A model generated the notes under the pieces. The model was not told where the DNA came from. It saw nothing but the letters and a program-made list of their open reading frames with translations, and made no database searches. A program made the translations under genes and the position numbers. Shown one piece after another: positions 40,279-52,690 of a stretch of 64,000 bases of DNA. The stretch covers positions 6,944,001 through 7,008,000 of the forward strand of contig OZ176056.1 in assembly GCA_964247055.1 (NCBI GenBank). Direction: 5' to 3'. The number at the start of each line of letters is the position of its first letter. The stretch's first letter is position 1. The DNA comes from Paragordius varius (taxonomy: Eukaryota > Animalia > Nematomorpha).

Positions 40279-41407
40279 CACTGCTCAACAAGGTTTTGCA
40301 CCACCCCATTATTTTTGCATTCTCTGATACCTAATGGCATGGAAAGGCCAAAACAAAAAAGAAAATTGAGGCCACCAATAAGATTTTTCCAAGATTTAAT
40401 TTTTAAATTTGTATTTAATTCAAAAATAACAATCATTCCTCGTGTACATATGTTTAAATATTCAAACAAGCAAGTCGATACAAGTAATATTCCATGCATG
40501 GATAACAAATTCTAGGCATTAAATAAGATACTAAACAAGCTAAGAACCAAAGTATTAAAAATCTAAAAGGGGCTTATGTATAGTGGGATAGATATGGGCG
40601 GCTGCACAAGCTCTGCATATCCCCCAAGCGATCCTATAATTATGCCAGATATGGCAAAGATAACAATAAATAATCGTAAAGTTCGATAAGAGAGACTTGC
40701 AAGAAAAATTGTGGCAAATTGACATGTCAATTAACCAATTTACAGAATAAAGTTAGATAAATTCTACAATTAAATTGAATAAAAAGATTAGGTAAATACA
40801 AATGGTCCAACCCCATAATAGTAAATTCTACTAAAAGTAGCTACACAACATCCATCTGAAATTCAAAATACAAAACAACCAATAATTTTTAAAAAATAAG
40901 GTATATCCACTAGGTATAAATAAAGGAGTTTTTATAAGAACCAACTCAAGAGAAAAAGTCTAATAAGTACTCGAAAGAACGAAATCTAACAAAAAAATAA
41001 TAGCCTATCTGAAAGCCGAAGGTTTAAACCATAGAATGCCTTTTTTAGTATCTTTTTAAAAAAATTTTATATGTGTTAAAAATTCACTTGAAAAAAAAAG
41101 ACTAAATTTTGACGTTTAAGTCCGTACTATTTTTTTCTCTCTGATATTTAAATGACATATTTATATTTAAAAGATAGAGTTTAAAACGCTTTATTAAATG
41201 ATATTAAGTTTATAATATAATAACATTTTATTATAAAGTTATATTTAATTTTCTCTTGTTTTTGAAAAATTGAATAACCTATAAAATTTCAAAATTCTGA
41301 TTGGCGGGATCAAAAAAATTTTCAAATTCGGTTTTAAAACACTGAAATTAGTCATAATTTAAAAAGTTTGAGTGGTGGTTAAAAATGTCCAAATTTGTCG
41401 ACTAGTG
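40279..41407. mobile_element. Inverted copy of the 27310-28450 element
   Basis: Ends CACTGCTCAACAA / CACTAGTCGACAA; TSD TTA; colinear reverse complement. Confidence 0.85.
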
Positions 41408-42035
41408 TTATAGATATAACTAAAGTTGTAAAAGAAAAAAATAATTAATATAATTAATTAATGGATTATGGGCAAAATTAAAATGTTTGAAAATCGATTT
41501 ACCAAATATTGATGATAAAACAATAAAAATCATAATTTAACGCTAAAATTAACACTTGGATATATTCATTTCAATACTTCGATTTAAATTAGGGTAGTTT
41601 ACCCGCTTGTTAAAATTAAATATTTTAAAAAATATGGAATAAATTGAAACCATGGCAAAGGTTCCACTTTAATAATATTAATGAACCGAAATATTAAAAA
41701 AAATATTCAAAATTACTTGATATCACTTATTGAGGGGTAAAACCCACAGGTAACAATTTAGTCAAAATGACTGTGTTAAATATAAAAATAATGCAAAATA
41801 TAAGACTATTTCTGTTTATAAATATTAAATGTAATTTTAATAAAAAAATAAATTAATCTGGCTTAGAATTGATATTTTGCAAAAATGATGTGAATAAATG
41901 GCGTCCAAGTATTTTTAAGCTAAATTTATTTAAATATTTTGGCTTATTATAATTAATATTAGGATAGAAGCATAAATTTAAATTGAAACCGTTTCTATCA
42001 GTAGTTTTTTAAAAATATCAAAATATTGTCTAAAG

Positions 42036-43675
42036 CAGGGCTTCTTAAACTATGGGTCGCGACACCATTCGGGGTCCCGTAGCAAAGTTATGGGGTTAGA
42101 GTGATAAAAATACAATTGAAAAAAAATGTTTTTTAACTTTTAAAATTATTGTTATAAAGAAAAATAGCAATCGTAGATAAATATATCATAAAACTTTCTG
42201 GTTCGGAAAGACTGTATATATAAGCATTTCTATTGCGATCATATATATTTATAAAAATAACAAATGCTATTGTGATCTGTTTTCGGAAAACCGGTAGACC
42301 CATACAAATCCAAATTTCAAAAAAAATAATCATTAATGAATGCCCCGACAATGGCTTCGCCCTTTACCCCGTGTCAAAAACGGTTTTTTTTAAAAACACA
42401 AGTCCACAAAAATCGTGTCTTTGCGACAATCCGGAAAACGTGCTGGTCTATTACAAATATGATTTTTTTACCTATTTTCGATTGCGCCGAACATAGTCGG
42501 CTTACTTTTTCAATTTTGGCTCTTTTTTACCCGCTCCCCCCGTAAAATGCCATTTTTTCAAAAAAACTAAATAATTTTTTGCCCAGGGTAATAGAACGTT
42601 AAAATTTAATGAGGATTCCAGGTATTCCCTGTTAAAAGGCAAAAATTTTAGTCTTGCGTTTTTTTAATATTGGCTGCTGGGTAAACAGATAGCCGCCAAG
42701 AACCGCCACTATATAGAAATTGCGTTGTTTTGAAGCTATTTGCAGAAAATTTATGAAGCCATATGAGCTCATTAAAGGCTCTAAATATTACCCGTAACTA
42801 GGTAAAAATCAAGATCAAGTTTTTTTATTAGCCGTTAATTTGGGGCCTTAATGCCCTTACGCCATCATATAACGAGTATTTAGTGTTAGGGTATTTTTTC
42901 GAATAACCCATGAGACGATGGTATCAAAAATGTTTCCAAATATTTGCCCCATAAAGGCTAAGAATTTAATTCAGCGCTTTTTCCATATAGGTCAATTAGG
43001 GATCTACCGATTTAAAACCGAGCCATACAAAATGGCGTAGTTTTACAGCTAATTTTCAAAAAACTTAAGAAGTTATTCGAGTTCAGTTAAACACAAATCT
43101 GGGGAATTTGTATAATATCATTCTTTCCTTTAAAACGGGACCACAAATGATTTACTTTTTATATCCCTTGATCCCAGCTGTGGGAGCACTTGAAAATAGA
43201 ACTTTTGACATGATTTCGTAAAACAAAAATCTTAAAATAACTCCAATGATATTAGAATAACTTTAATAAGGGACAGTTTAAATATAGTTAATTTCGTGTA
43301 ACAATATTGAGCCTATGCAAAAACCCCTAAAAGAATTAAAGACATTCTTTTTATTAAATATGTTTTTTACCATTTTTTATCTCCATTAACTCTATATTTT
43401 GCAAATTTTTAAGAATAATTATCGGTGAGACTACGTCACAGCGAAGCGTGACAGGGCCAGCTAATATATAATTTACTATGAATCAGAAAATGTCATAGAA
43501 ATTATAAAAAATGTAGATTAATTTTTGTCAATCTCTTAAAACCGAAATAATCCTGATAGATATTATCTAGTGCTATTTCGAAGAAACTATTATTTTTCTT
43601 TTATATTTGTTGGGGTCGTTACGAAACTCGCAATCATAAATGGGGTCGGGAACTACAAAAGTTAAAGAAGCCCTG
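42036..43675 (+). mobile_element. Non-autonomous hAT of the 14697 family, containing a Helitron
   Basis: TIRs CAGGGCTTCTTAAAC / CAGGGCTTCTTTAAC with a perfect TSD GTCTAAAG. Confidence 0.88.
42239..43464 (+). mobile_element. Non-autonomous Helitron
   Basis: 5' end A|TCATATATATTTATAAAA; 3' hairpin GTCAC-A-GC-GAA-GC-GTGAC followed by CAGCTAA|T (CTRR end). No TSD. Confidence 0.6.
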
Positions 43676-46600
43676 GTCTAAAGGTATTTAGATACCCCAA
43701 ATTGAACCAAACTTTAAATAACTTTAACATAAAATTAAATAAATACTTAATATATTACTTAAGTGTTATAAAATAAAAAATATTGATTATAATTTTTAAA
43801 AAAATGTTGCTTTTGATTAAAAAGATGTTGTGTTTGGTTGAAAAAATGTTGTTTTGGGTGTATACAAGCAATATGTTTTAATATATAAAAACACAATTTT
43901 TCAAAATCTGATTTTTCGAGATAAAATATTTGCACCTATTTCCTTAATAAAATATATGTGATTTTAAAGCTGTATAATTTCTTTAATAACCAATTAAATG
44001 TTTACTTTTTATGGCACGTGAGTTCTTTGGAAAAAAGATCCATCATATTATAATTTGTTTGAAGGTCCATAAAAGGCACACCTACACTTCCTGTATACTA
44101 TTTAAATTTGCGTTTCTTTATTTGGTGAATAACATTAGGATACGCCTTAAGTGTTGTTTCAAGACGATTAGTATCATGATCATTTGGTATTAATTAGACC
44201 ATTTTATATTTCTTTCGATATGGGATTATGACGACTGATCTGAGTTCTCTATAATCACCTAATTGATATTTTATTCCTTCCCCAGATAACATTGCAACTG
44301 GAATAGGATTTCCATCGAAAAAAAAGGTAGCAGCACTTTATTTTAAAAATATTAAACTTGAGGCAGCGTATAAGGAAAATATAGAAATAAAATTTAATTT
44401 ACACCCTGTATAGCTAAATTGTTTTAACGTTTTGATATTTTTTTATGTCTTACAAATGAAATTTTAAACCAAAATCTGAGCTCTTTATCAGATGTATAAG
44501 TATTTAAAAATAAAAGCTTGTCTTATATGGATATATGACTTCGAAATTACAAAGATATAGAAGTAGATGAAAAGCTGTTTGTATAAAAGCATGTACGCCA
44601 CTATTATATTATCTGACCTGATTTTAACTATTATAATTTTAAAGCGATAGATAAGTTTTTTTAATTCAATTAAATTATCGAAAATATCTAACTAAAAAAA
44701 TATTCTTTTTATACACACTTAATATATGCTACCCAAATCACCTGTTAAAGAGCCCATGAAAAACAAGCCACCTCCAATCGTATATATACTGCTAGTGTTA
44801 TGGTTTCCCTTAACCGGTTCGAAAAGCGTTTAAAGTGTCCTCCAAACTCTCGAGTATAGTGTTCATTAAGTAAATTGGTGATGGAAGTAAGGTTATATAA
44901 CACAGAATAATAGAAATAAAGATATATTAAACAGAAATTTAAAGTATCAGAAATCAAAACATGTGTAATATTATAATACAGCAATTATATACTAGCTATT
45001 TCGCTTGAAGCTACAATTAACATTAACTAGGTGTATCACAAAGAGTTATAATTGTTTACAATTATATAGGTGCGTCTGTGTCTGCGACAGTAGGATCCAA
45101 CTTAACATCACTCTTCCCCCGTCCTTGATATCTATGTGGTGGGTGTCGGATTCGTGTAGGGTATCGCCGTTCTGTATGAGTGTCAGTGGTAGATGCTATA
45201 GTGGGTGTTTGTTGGGATGGCAACTCAATGATGGGTTGCGAGGGCTGGTGTGGAGGTGAAGTCGGGGCTTCGGTCGTGGCAGTAGGGTACCTAACATATA
45301 GGTCATGCGATGTTGGAGTTTCTTCGGGCGAAATTGTCTTACCCATTATTCTTTCGCCTCCTTCCCTTGGTCTCAGTTGGTCTGCGTGTTTTCGGATGAT
45401 TTTATTATCATCTTGTATTTCATATGAGAGTAATCCGAGTCGTTTATTTAAAATTCCTCGCCAACCATTCGATAGTTCATTTTTTATGTATACTTTTTCG
45501 TTTTCATGGTATTCGTGATTAGGTTGTACATCGTCTAAGAAGTTTGTTTGTTTATATTGAAGCCATGTGATTGGATTGGGTAGAGTACGTTTTAGAAAAA
45601 GTTGAGCGGGACATGTATTTGTAGCACTGTGTATGTTAGTGCGGTATCCCCAAAGTGTGTTATTTATTTTTGAATGTGGGTCATCGTCTTCTGCTGACCG
45701 ATAATGTGTTTTTAGGGTATATATTACTCGTTCCACCAATACGTTAGTTTTTGGATGATACGGAACTGATGTTACATGTTTAATGTTTCCCGTTTCCATG
45801 ACTTTTTTAAACTCCTCAGATGTAAAGTAAGACGCGTTGTCGGTTACTACTTGGAGATTCATATCGACTGAAACATTCGTCTACGAAATTTAAGATATTT
45901 TTGGTCGATATCATTTTCCATAGTTTAACTTCGACCCATCGAGAATAACTGTCAATAAGAACTACTAAATAATAATTGTCTATCGGGCCTGCTATATCTA
46001 GATGTAATCTCTCCCATATTGCTGTATTCGTGTTCCAATTGTATGTGGGATTCAGTTTTCGCATCGAACGGTTTTCTTGACACTTTTTACACGTATCTAC
46101 CCACTTTTTTATGTCGCTTTCCATATTGTGCTTAAAGACTATTTGTTTTGCTTGTTCGTACATTGCTTTGAATCCGGGGTGTCCGACGTGTAATAATTGT
46201 AAGATATTTATTTTTTGAGATTCGGGAATTATTAATCTATCATGCCAATATAATAACCCGTATGTATTTTCAATTTCATTTCTAAAACTGTGGAATGGAT
46301 GTAATATTTTATTGGACCAGTTGTTTGTTCTTAGTGCCCTTATTACATGTTTTAATACAGGGTCGGTTTCGGTCTGGCTTCTAATATGGTCACGATTTAT
46401 ATTGAATAGATTACTAATGACTAATCTTACATGTTCTGCTGTTTGAAAGCTTTCTGTGTCTTGTTGTTGTGGTTCTGTCGGCATGCGGGACAATGAATCT
46501 GCGATGTTTTCGTGACTTTTAATGTACCGTAGATTGTAATTAGTAGCTTGGAATTATTTATTTGGTCTAATTTACGATTATTTTTAAACAGTTATATTAG

Positions 46601-48190
46601 CGGTTTGTGATCAGTACGTAGTTCAAACTTCTTCCCCGTAATGAACGTTCTAAATTTTTCAAAAGCGAAAAGTATGGCTTGTGATTCCTTTTCTATCACT
46701 GAATAATTTTCTTCGGGTTTAGACCACTTTCTAGATGCGTAGGCAATGGGTTTATATATGCCCTCCTGCGTGTTCTGTAGTAACACTGCTCCGTACCCTT
46801 TATTCGAGGCGTCTGTTTCGATTATTATAGGTAACCCAGGGTTGAACGGAGTTAGTTTAACAGTATGACATATTATTTTACTGGCTCTGTTAAAATAATC
46901 GTGGTTTTTGGTCCATATCCAGGGTTTTTTATAACTGCTTAGGTCGTGAAGTATAGCCAAACTTCCATGCAATTTCGGGAGGAATCGTGTGTGACAATTT
47001 ATTAAGCCTAAGGAGGACTTGAGTGTTGTTTTGTCACTGGGTCTTGGGAAGTCTTATATGGCTTTAACTTATCGGCAGCTGGTGATATGCCTTGATATAA
47101 CATATTCCAAATAGCTTACAGACGGTTGAAAAAGTTTTAGTTTCCTTTTACTTAATTTTAAACCAGAATCGTCTAAACGCTTAAATACCCTTTCTAAGTT
47201 TCTTTTATGTTCGTTTCGGTTTTTTCCTGTTATTAAAATATCGTCTAAATATACAGCTGTTCCTGGGCATTCAAATAAAATCTTATCAATTATTCTTTGA
47301 ATAATGCAGGGGGCGCTTGTTAGGCCAAAGGGAAGCCTTTTATATATAAAATACCCTTGGGGTGTGATTGTTAATAACTTTTGATTTTCTTAATCTATTG
47401 GCAATTGCAGATATGCGTCTTTCAAATCGAATACCGAAAATGATTCTCCTAATCCTATTTTGGAAACTAAATCGTCAAATGTCGGTATATTATGACTGTC
47501 ATCTACTAGATGTGGATTTATTGTAACACGATAATCTGCACATAACCTTAGAGAACCATTCGAATTTGTTATACAAACAATAGGGGTGGCCCAGGTTAAT
47601 TTCTCAGTCGTAGGGTCTAATGGTTTGATTATGTCCGCTTCTAAAAGTCTCTTAATTTCAGAGTTGACTTTTTCTTTTAACGGTATCGGGATGCGGTGAC
47701 ACTTAAAAATTTTTGGTTTTGTATTGTTTTTTTAAAAAAAGTTTGATAGGGGTTCCCGTGAAACACCCTAACTTTTCACAAAAAAGTGAATTAAATTTAT
47801 TAACAAGTGAATTTTCCTCAAATGTATTAATATTAAAACATTTACAACAATTTCTCAACTGTTTTATGGCATTCGGGAATTCTTGTAGCCAATCCCAACC
47901 AAGGATTGCTGGGGCCTTCTTTCCGCTTACAACCATACACGCCAGAGATTTTGTTTCACCATCGCATTGTACCGTGACCATACAACTACCCTTGGAATTA
48001 ATTCTTTGTCCACCATAGCTATACAAATCTGGGCCTGTTTGTTGCAACTCGGGCTTACCAATATTTTCCCACGCTTGACAATCGATTATAGATACGCTTG
48101 AACCTGTGTCTATAATCATGTGTATTGGCTTGCCATTTATTATTATTGCTATCTTGGGGGTGGCTCCAGATTCAACATACTGAACGTTGC

Positions 48191-51100
48191 TGTAAGGTTA
48201 TAATATTCTATTTTGTTAACACACTCAATTCATGTTGCATCAGTTATTTTGTATTTGAATATTATATAAATATTTCGTGTTAAAGCTTATCTGTTGTTAA
48301 GAATAACGATTGTGTAACGTCTACACAAATAAGGCATGCACACAAAAAAAGAATTGTGATATAATAGCCAGTCACTTTTTTATTTTGATATACCATATTG
48401 CTATACGTGAATAAATCAACTTTTCATTTGGTGCCGTGTTAGCTTTCAATGAGCCAAGCGTTGGACATTTCAAAACTGATTTTAGAGCCTTTTAAGGAAC
48501 CGATGAATTTTACTCAATATATACGTCACATCAGGAGAGTCTTAAATTCCAAAAATATCGAATCCAATGACACCACAATGAAACGCACCTTTCTCGCTTT
48601 CGGCGGTATTCAAGTAATAATGAAAATCGAAACGCTAGCATTCCCAACACTCATAGATGACATGGAATGGGAGGAAATTGCAACCTTGGCCACTCAGATA
48701 TATTCACCAATCAGCTGCCTATGGTTAAATCGAGTTTAATTCTACCGATTAAAAAAAATGCCAGATGAATCAGTCATGGAGTTCCTGGAACGTCTGAAAG
48801 CAAAATGTGAAGCCGGGAAATTTGAAGGGGATATTCAGTCAAAATTACGCGATTTATTCCTGGTAGGTCTTGAAAATCCCAGAGTCGAACGCGAAATTCA
48901 ATCCAAATATCCAGATGGCAAAAAGGACGGGGGTCCGGTAACCCTTCAAGCGATTGTAGACATCGCTTATTCCTATGAATTAGAAGATAAAAAGGTTTAC
49001 AACATCAGAGATAATAATGATATGAACAATAATAATACCAGTGAACTTCCTCCAAGTATCCAACCAGTTGTTAATGATAATAATACAATCAATCAAATAA
49101 CCCGAAAGCTATGTAGTAATTGTGGGTATCGACATGGTTCCGCCACCTGTCCGGCAAAAGGAAAACGGTGTTTCAATTGCGACAAATGGAATCATTTCAG
49201 CACAGTATGCAAGGCAACGTTCCGACGGCCGTCAATCCGCACCATGACTAGCCCGAACAACACCCCCCGGATTTAAGTATTAATAAATAATATACCAACA
49301 ACGTTTATCTACGATACGGGCGCCGAGGTATCCGTTATTGGCAAGCGCATTTGGGTAAATCATGGTCGACCTCGTTTGCTACCAGCTCCAAATTTGCGAA
49401 CCTACAATGTTGGCCCGATAGAAGTACTCGGAAAATCGATGATTTCAGTGATTTTGAACGAAGAGGAGAAGTGCCTGCCCTGCGTGGGGACGCAAACTAA
49501 CCCGCCAGCCGTGTTCGGGATGAATTGGATGCGGGCGTTTCGGTTAGAATTCCCAAAAGATGTTTTTTCAGTTTTACATACGCAAGCACCTAATAATAAA
49601 ATGGTATTTGATTAATTTGACAAATTGTTTTCAGACGAGTTAGGTACTTTCAAGGGGCCTCCAATAAAATTATTTATCGACCCCGAGGCCAAACCTAAAG
49701 TTTTTCCTTGTCGTAGGGTACCTTTAACTCTAAAACCTTTAGTAGAAAATGAAATTGATAGATTAGTTAAACTCAAAATACTCCGACCTATCGATCCGAC
49801 CCAAACCCCAATAACATGGGCCTCTCCCACAGTAAATATAATTAAAGGAAATGGAGAAATTAGATGTGCCGATTTCCGAATTAGTATCAACCGTTATTTA
49901 GCAAAGGATTTTCATCTGATACCTACTTTTGACGAGTTGGCCACCAAAGTGGCAAATGGGATAATTTTTTCCACTTTAGACCTGAAAGATGCTTACTTAC
50001 AATTTCCGATAGACCGGGCGTCACAGACGCTAGTAACCATCACAACTCACAAAGGGTTTTATGCTTACCAACGACTTCCATTCGGATTAACTTCAGCACC
50101 TATGATCTTTCAAAGATGCATGGACAATCTTTTAAAGGACATACCTGGTATTTGTGTGTACCTGGATGATGTCTTAATTTCCGGAGCTACCAGGGAGGAA
50201 CATGATCAAAGATTAAGGGAAGTATTTAGAAGGTTACAAGAGGCGGGATTACGATTGCGCCGAGACAAATTGCAAATTGGTATCTCACGAGTCAAATAAT
50301 GGGGTACGTGATTTCTGACCAAGGTATTGAGCCGTCCAATGAAAAATTAGAGGCCATTAAAAATTGTCCGACACCTACAAACAAAACTGAGCTACGTTCG
50401 TTCTTAGGTTTAATAAATTTTCATGAGTGGTTTATACCAAACTGTCACCCACACCTAGCAACCTTACACAAGTTAAGTGGAAAGAATACACCTTGGCGGT
50501 GGACCCCGGCAGATGATAGTGAATTCGCGAAAGCAAAAAGCTTGCTAACCAGGCCCCCCGCTTTAATGCCATTTAACGACCGTTTTCCCTTGTTGATCGA
50601 AACAGATGCTTCCAACAAGGGGTTTGGGGCAATACTGTTTCATAAGACCCCACAGGGGAAACGCCCAATTTTTTACGCGTCACGAACTTGTTCAATAGCA
50701 GAAAAGGGTTATTCCACGATCGAAAAAGAGGCCAAGGCCATAGTGTTTGCCCTAGAAAAATTTAAATACTTTATATATGGAAGACCGTTCGAGATATATA
50801 CAGATCATAAACCGCTGGTGTCACTATTTGGGCGGAAGAGAGACATCAACAATATTAATAAGAGCAAACTGCTCAGGTGGATATCGAATACCATCGGGTA
50901 CGAGTATGAAATATTTTACAAGAAAGGGGAACAAAACTTAGCCGACGCGTTGTCGAGACTTCCCATAGAGCATAGCCAACCAGATGATGAAGATGACGCG
51001 GCCACCAAGCAGGTACGATTTTTGGCTCTAAAAATGCTGGATGTAAATAAGAAAGTGGTCGAAGAGGCAACGATCACTGACCAACGGTTATCAAAAGTTA

Positions 51101-52690
51101 AAAATGCTCTCAGGACAAACAGTTGGATCGACGAAGATCTGAAACCTTTTTTAAAACGTAAAAACGACTTGGAGTGTTGTTATAATCTGTTATACCTGAA
51201 TGATCGCTTAGTGATACCACAAGCGATGCAGGAAGCGATATTGAAACTTCTGCATGCGGGACACAGCGGGCTAAAAACAATGAAAGCCCAAGCCCGGTGT
51301 TCGGTATTTTGGCCCGAATTAGACACCGATCTAGCGAATTATGTGGAAAGGTGGGAGGCTTGCCAAACCTATCGACCTAACGCACCTGAAAATCTTCCCT
51401 ATCGATGGAATTTTAACACTTTGACATGGGAAAGGTTACATATAGATGTTGCTGGACCGGTGGATGGATATTATTGGTTAGTGACTATCGATAGCGCCTC
51501 ACGGTGGGTAGAGATAGATCCTCTTAAATCAATAACAAGTCAAAGCGTTTTAAATTGCCTGGAAAAACACATCGCACGATTTGGTTTTCCCCGCCAAATT
51601 GTGACCGATAATGCCACGTATTTTACTTCAAGAGAATTTACGACTCTCCTAAATCAGATGCATATAAAGCACGTCTGTGCAGCACCCTATCACCCCAAAA
51701 CAAACGGTCTAGTAGAGAGAGTAATAAAGACATTAAAAACGAAATACGCCGCTACTTAGACCCAACAAATGCATGCATATGAAGCTATAAACACGGTCCT
51801 TTATTCGTATCGAACTAGCATGCATTCTTCGCTAAAAGAAACGCCTTCCGCCATATTCCTGAAACGGCGTGTACACAATCCTATCTCTTGGGTAAAAACA
51901 ACCCCTGTCGAATTTATAGAGCACGAAAATGAACCGAGACGATAATTCCAACAAGACGATCCTGTCTACATTAAAAATGAAATGGCCTTAGGCTGGCGGC
52001 CAGGTCACATTCTGGAGAGAAGGGGGTTACTCTCGTATGAAGTGCAAGATGAGGAAGGGATTCGAAAACGTAAACATGCAGATCAGTTACGAAGTAGGTC
52101 AGGAGGGAATTCATACGAAACTAATCCCTTAATAGAGCATAAATATCCCAGCGTCGAAAGTGTCCCGGGTCATGTCGAGGGAGCCCACTCCGAACAAACC
52201 TTCCATCCCACCTCGGAATCTCAAATAGTCCATGCCCCAACTCCTGCTAACTCATTAGCCCCAGAATCGCTGACGCCTGTAGAGGCCACACCCGACGTGG
52301 TAAAGGGGGTTTCTGACCTACCCGAGCGTAGATATCCGCTAAGAAGACGGCAGCCTCCCGATCGTTTAATCTTATAGGTATAATGTACGAACACGACAGC
52401 CCCCGTGGTTAACTTAGGGGGAAAGTAATGTAAGGTTATAATATTCTATTTTGTTAACACACTCAATTCATGTTGCATCAGTTATTTTGTATTTGAATAT
52501 TATATATATATTTCGTGTTAAAGCTTATCTGTTGTTGAGAATAACGATTGTGTAACGTCTACGCAAATAAGGCCACACAAAAAAAGAACTTGTGATATAA
52601 TAGCCAGTCACTTTTTTATTTTGGTTCTTTTTATCGTTCAACTCTATTTTAATATACCATATTGCTATACGTGAATAAATCAACTTTTCA
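48191..52690 (+). mobile_element. Ty3/Gypsy (Mag-like) LTR retrotransposon, inner element (4.5 kb)
   Basis: TG...CA LTRs 48191-48426 and 52429-52690; TSD GTTGC (48186-48190, 52691-52695). PBS TGGTGCCGTG matches the first 10 nt of a tRNA-His primer site; PPT AGGGGGAAAG at ~52416. Confidence 0.96.
48449..52377 (+). pseudogene. gag-pol of the inner retrotransposon, disrupted
   Basis: Gag 48449-49276 (frameshift near 48735; CSNCGYRHGSATC and CFNCDKWNHFSTVC), PR YDTG after an in-frame TAA, RT 49625-50299 (YLDD), RNase H-integrase 50299-51759, and a tail to 52377. Confidence 0.9.

Larger units (their letters stand above)
38726..43862. mobile_element. Foldback-like repeat complex (probably two tandem units, ~38726-39435 and ~39440-43862) carrying nested insertions
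   Basis: Arms of repeated AAGACAACATTTTTTCAAGCAAACGCAA in both orientations, TA|TAC...GTA|TA outer ends, and duplicated internal segments. Boundaries are approximate. Confidence 0.4.

Noticed and set aside
49274-49276. In-frame TAA between gag and protease as programmed read-through
   Set aside because: The outer element has a sense codon at the aligned position and the inner element has other lesions, so this is most likely decay.
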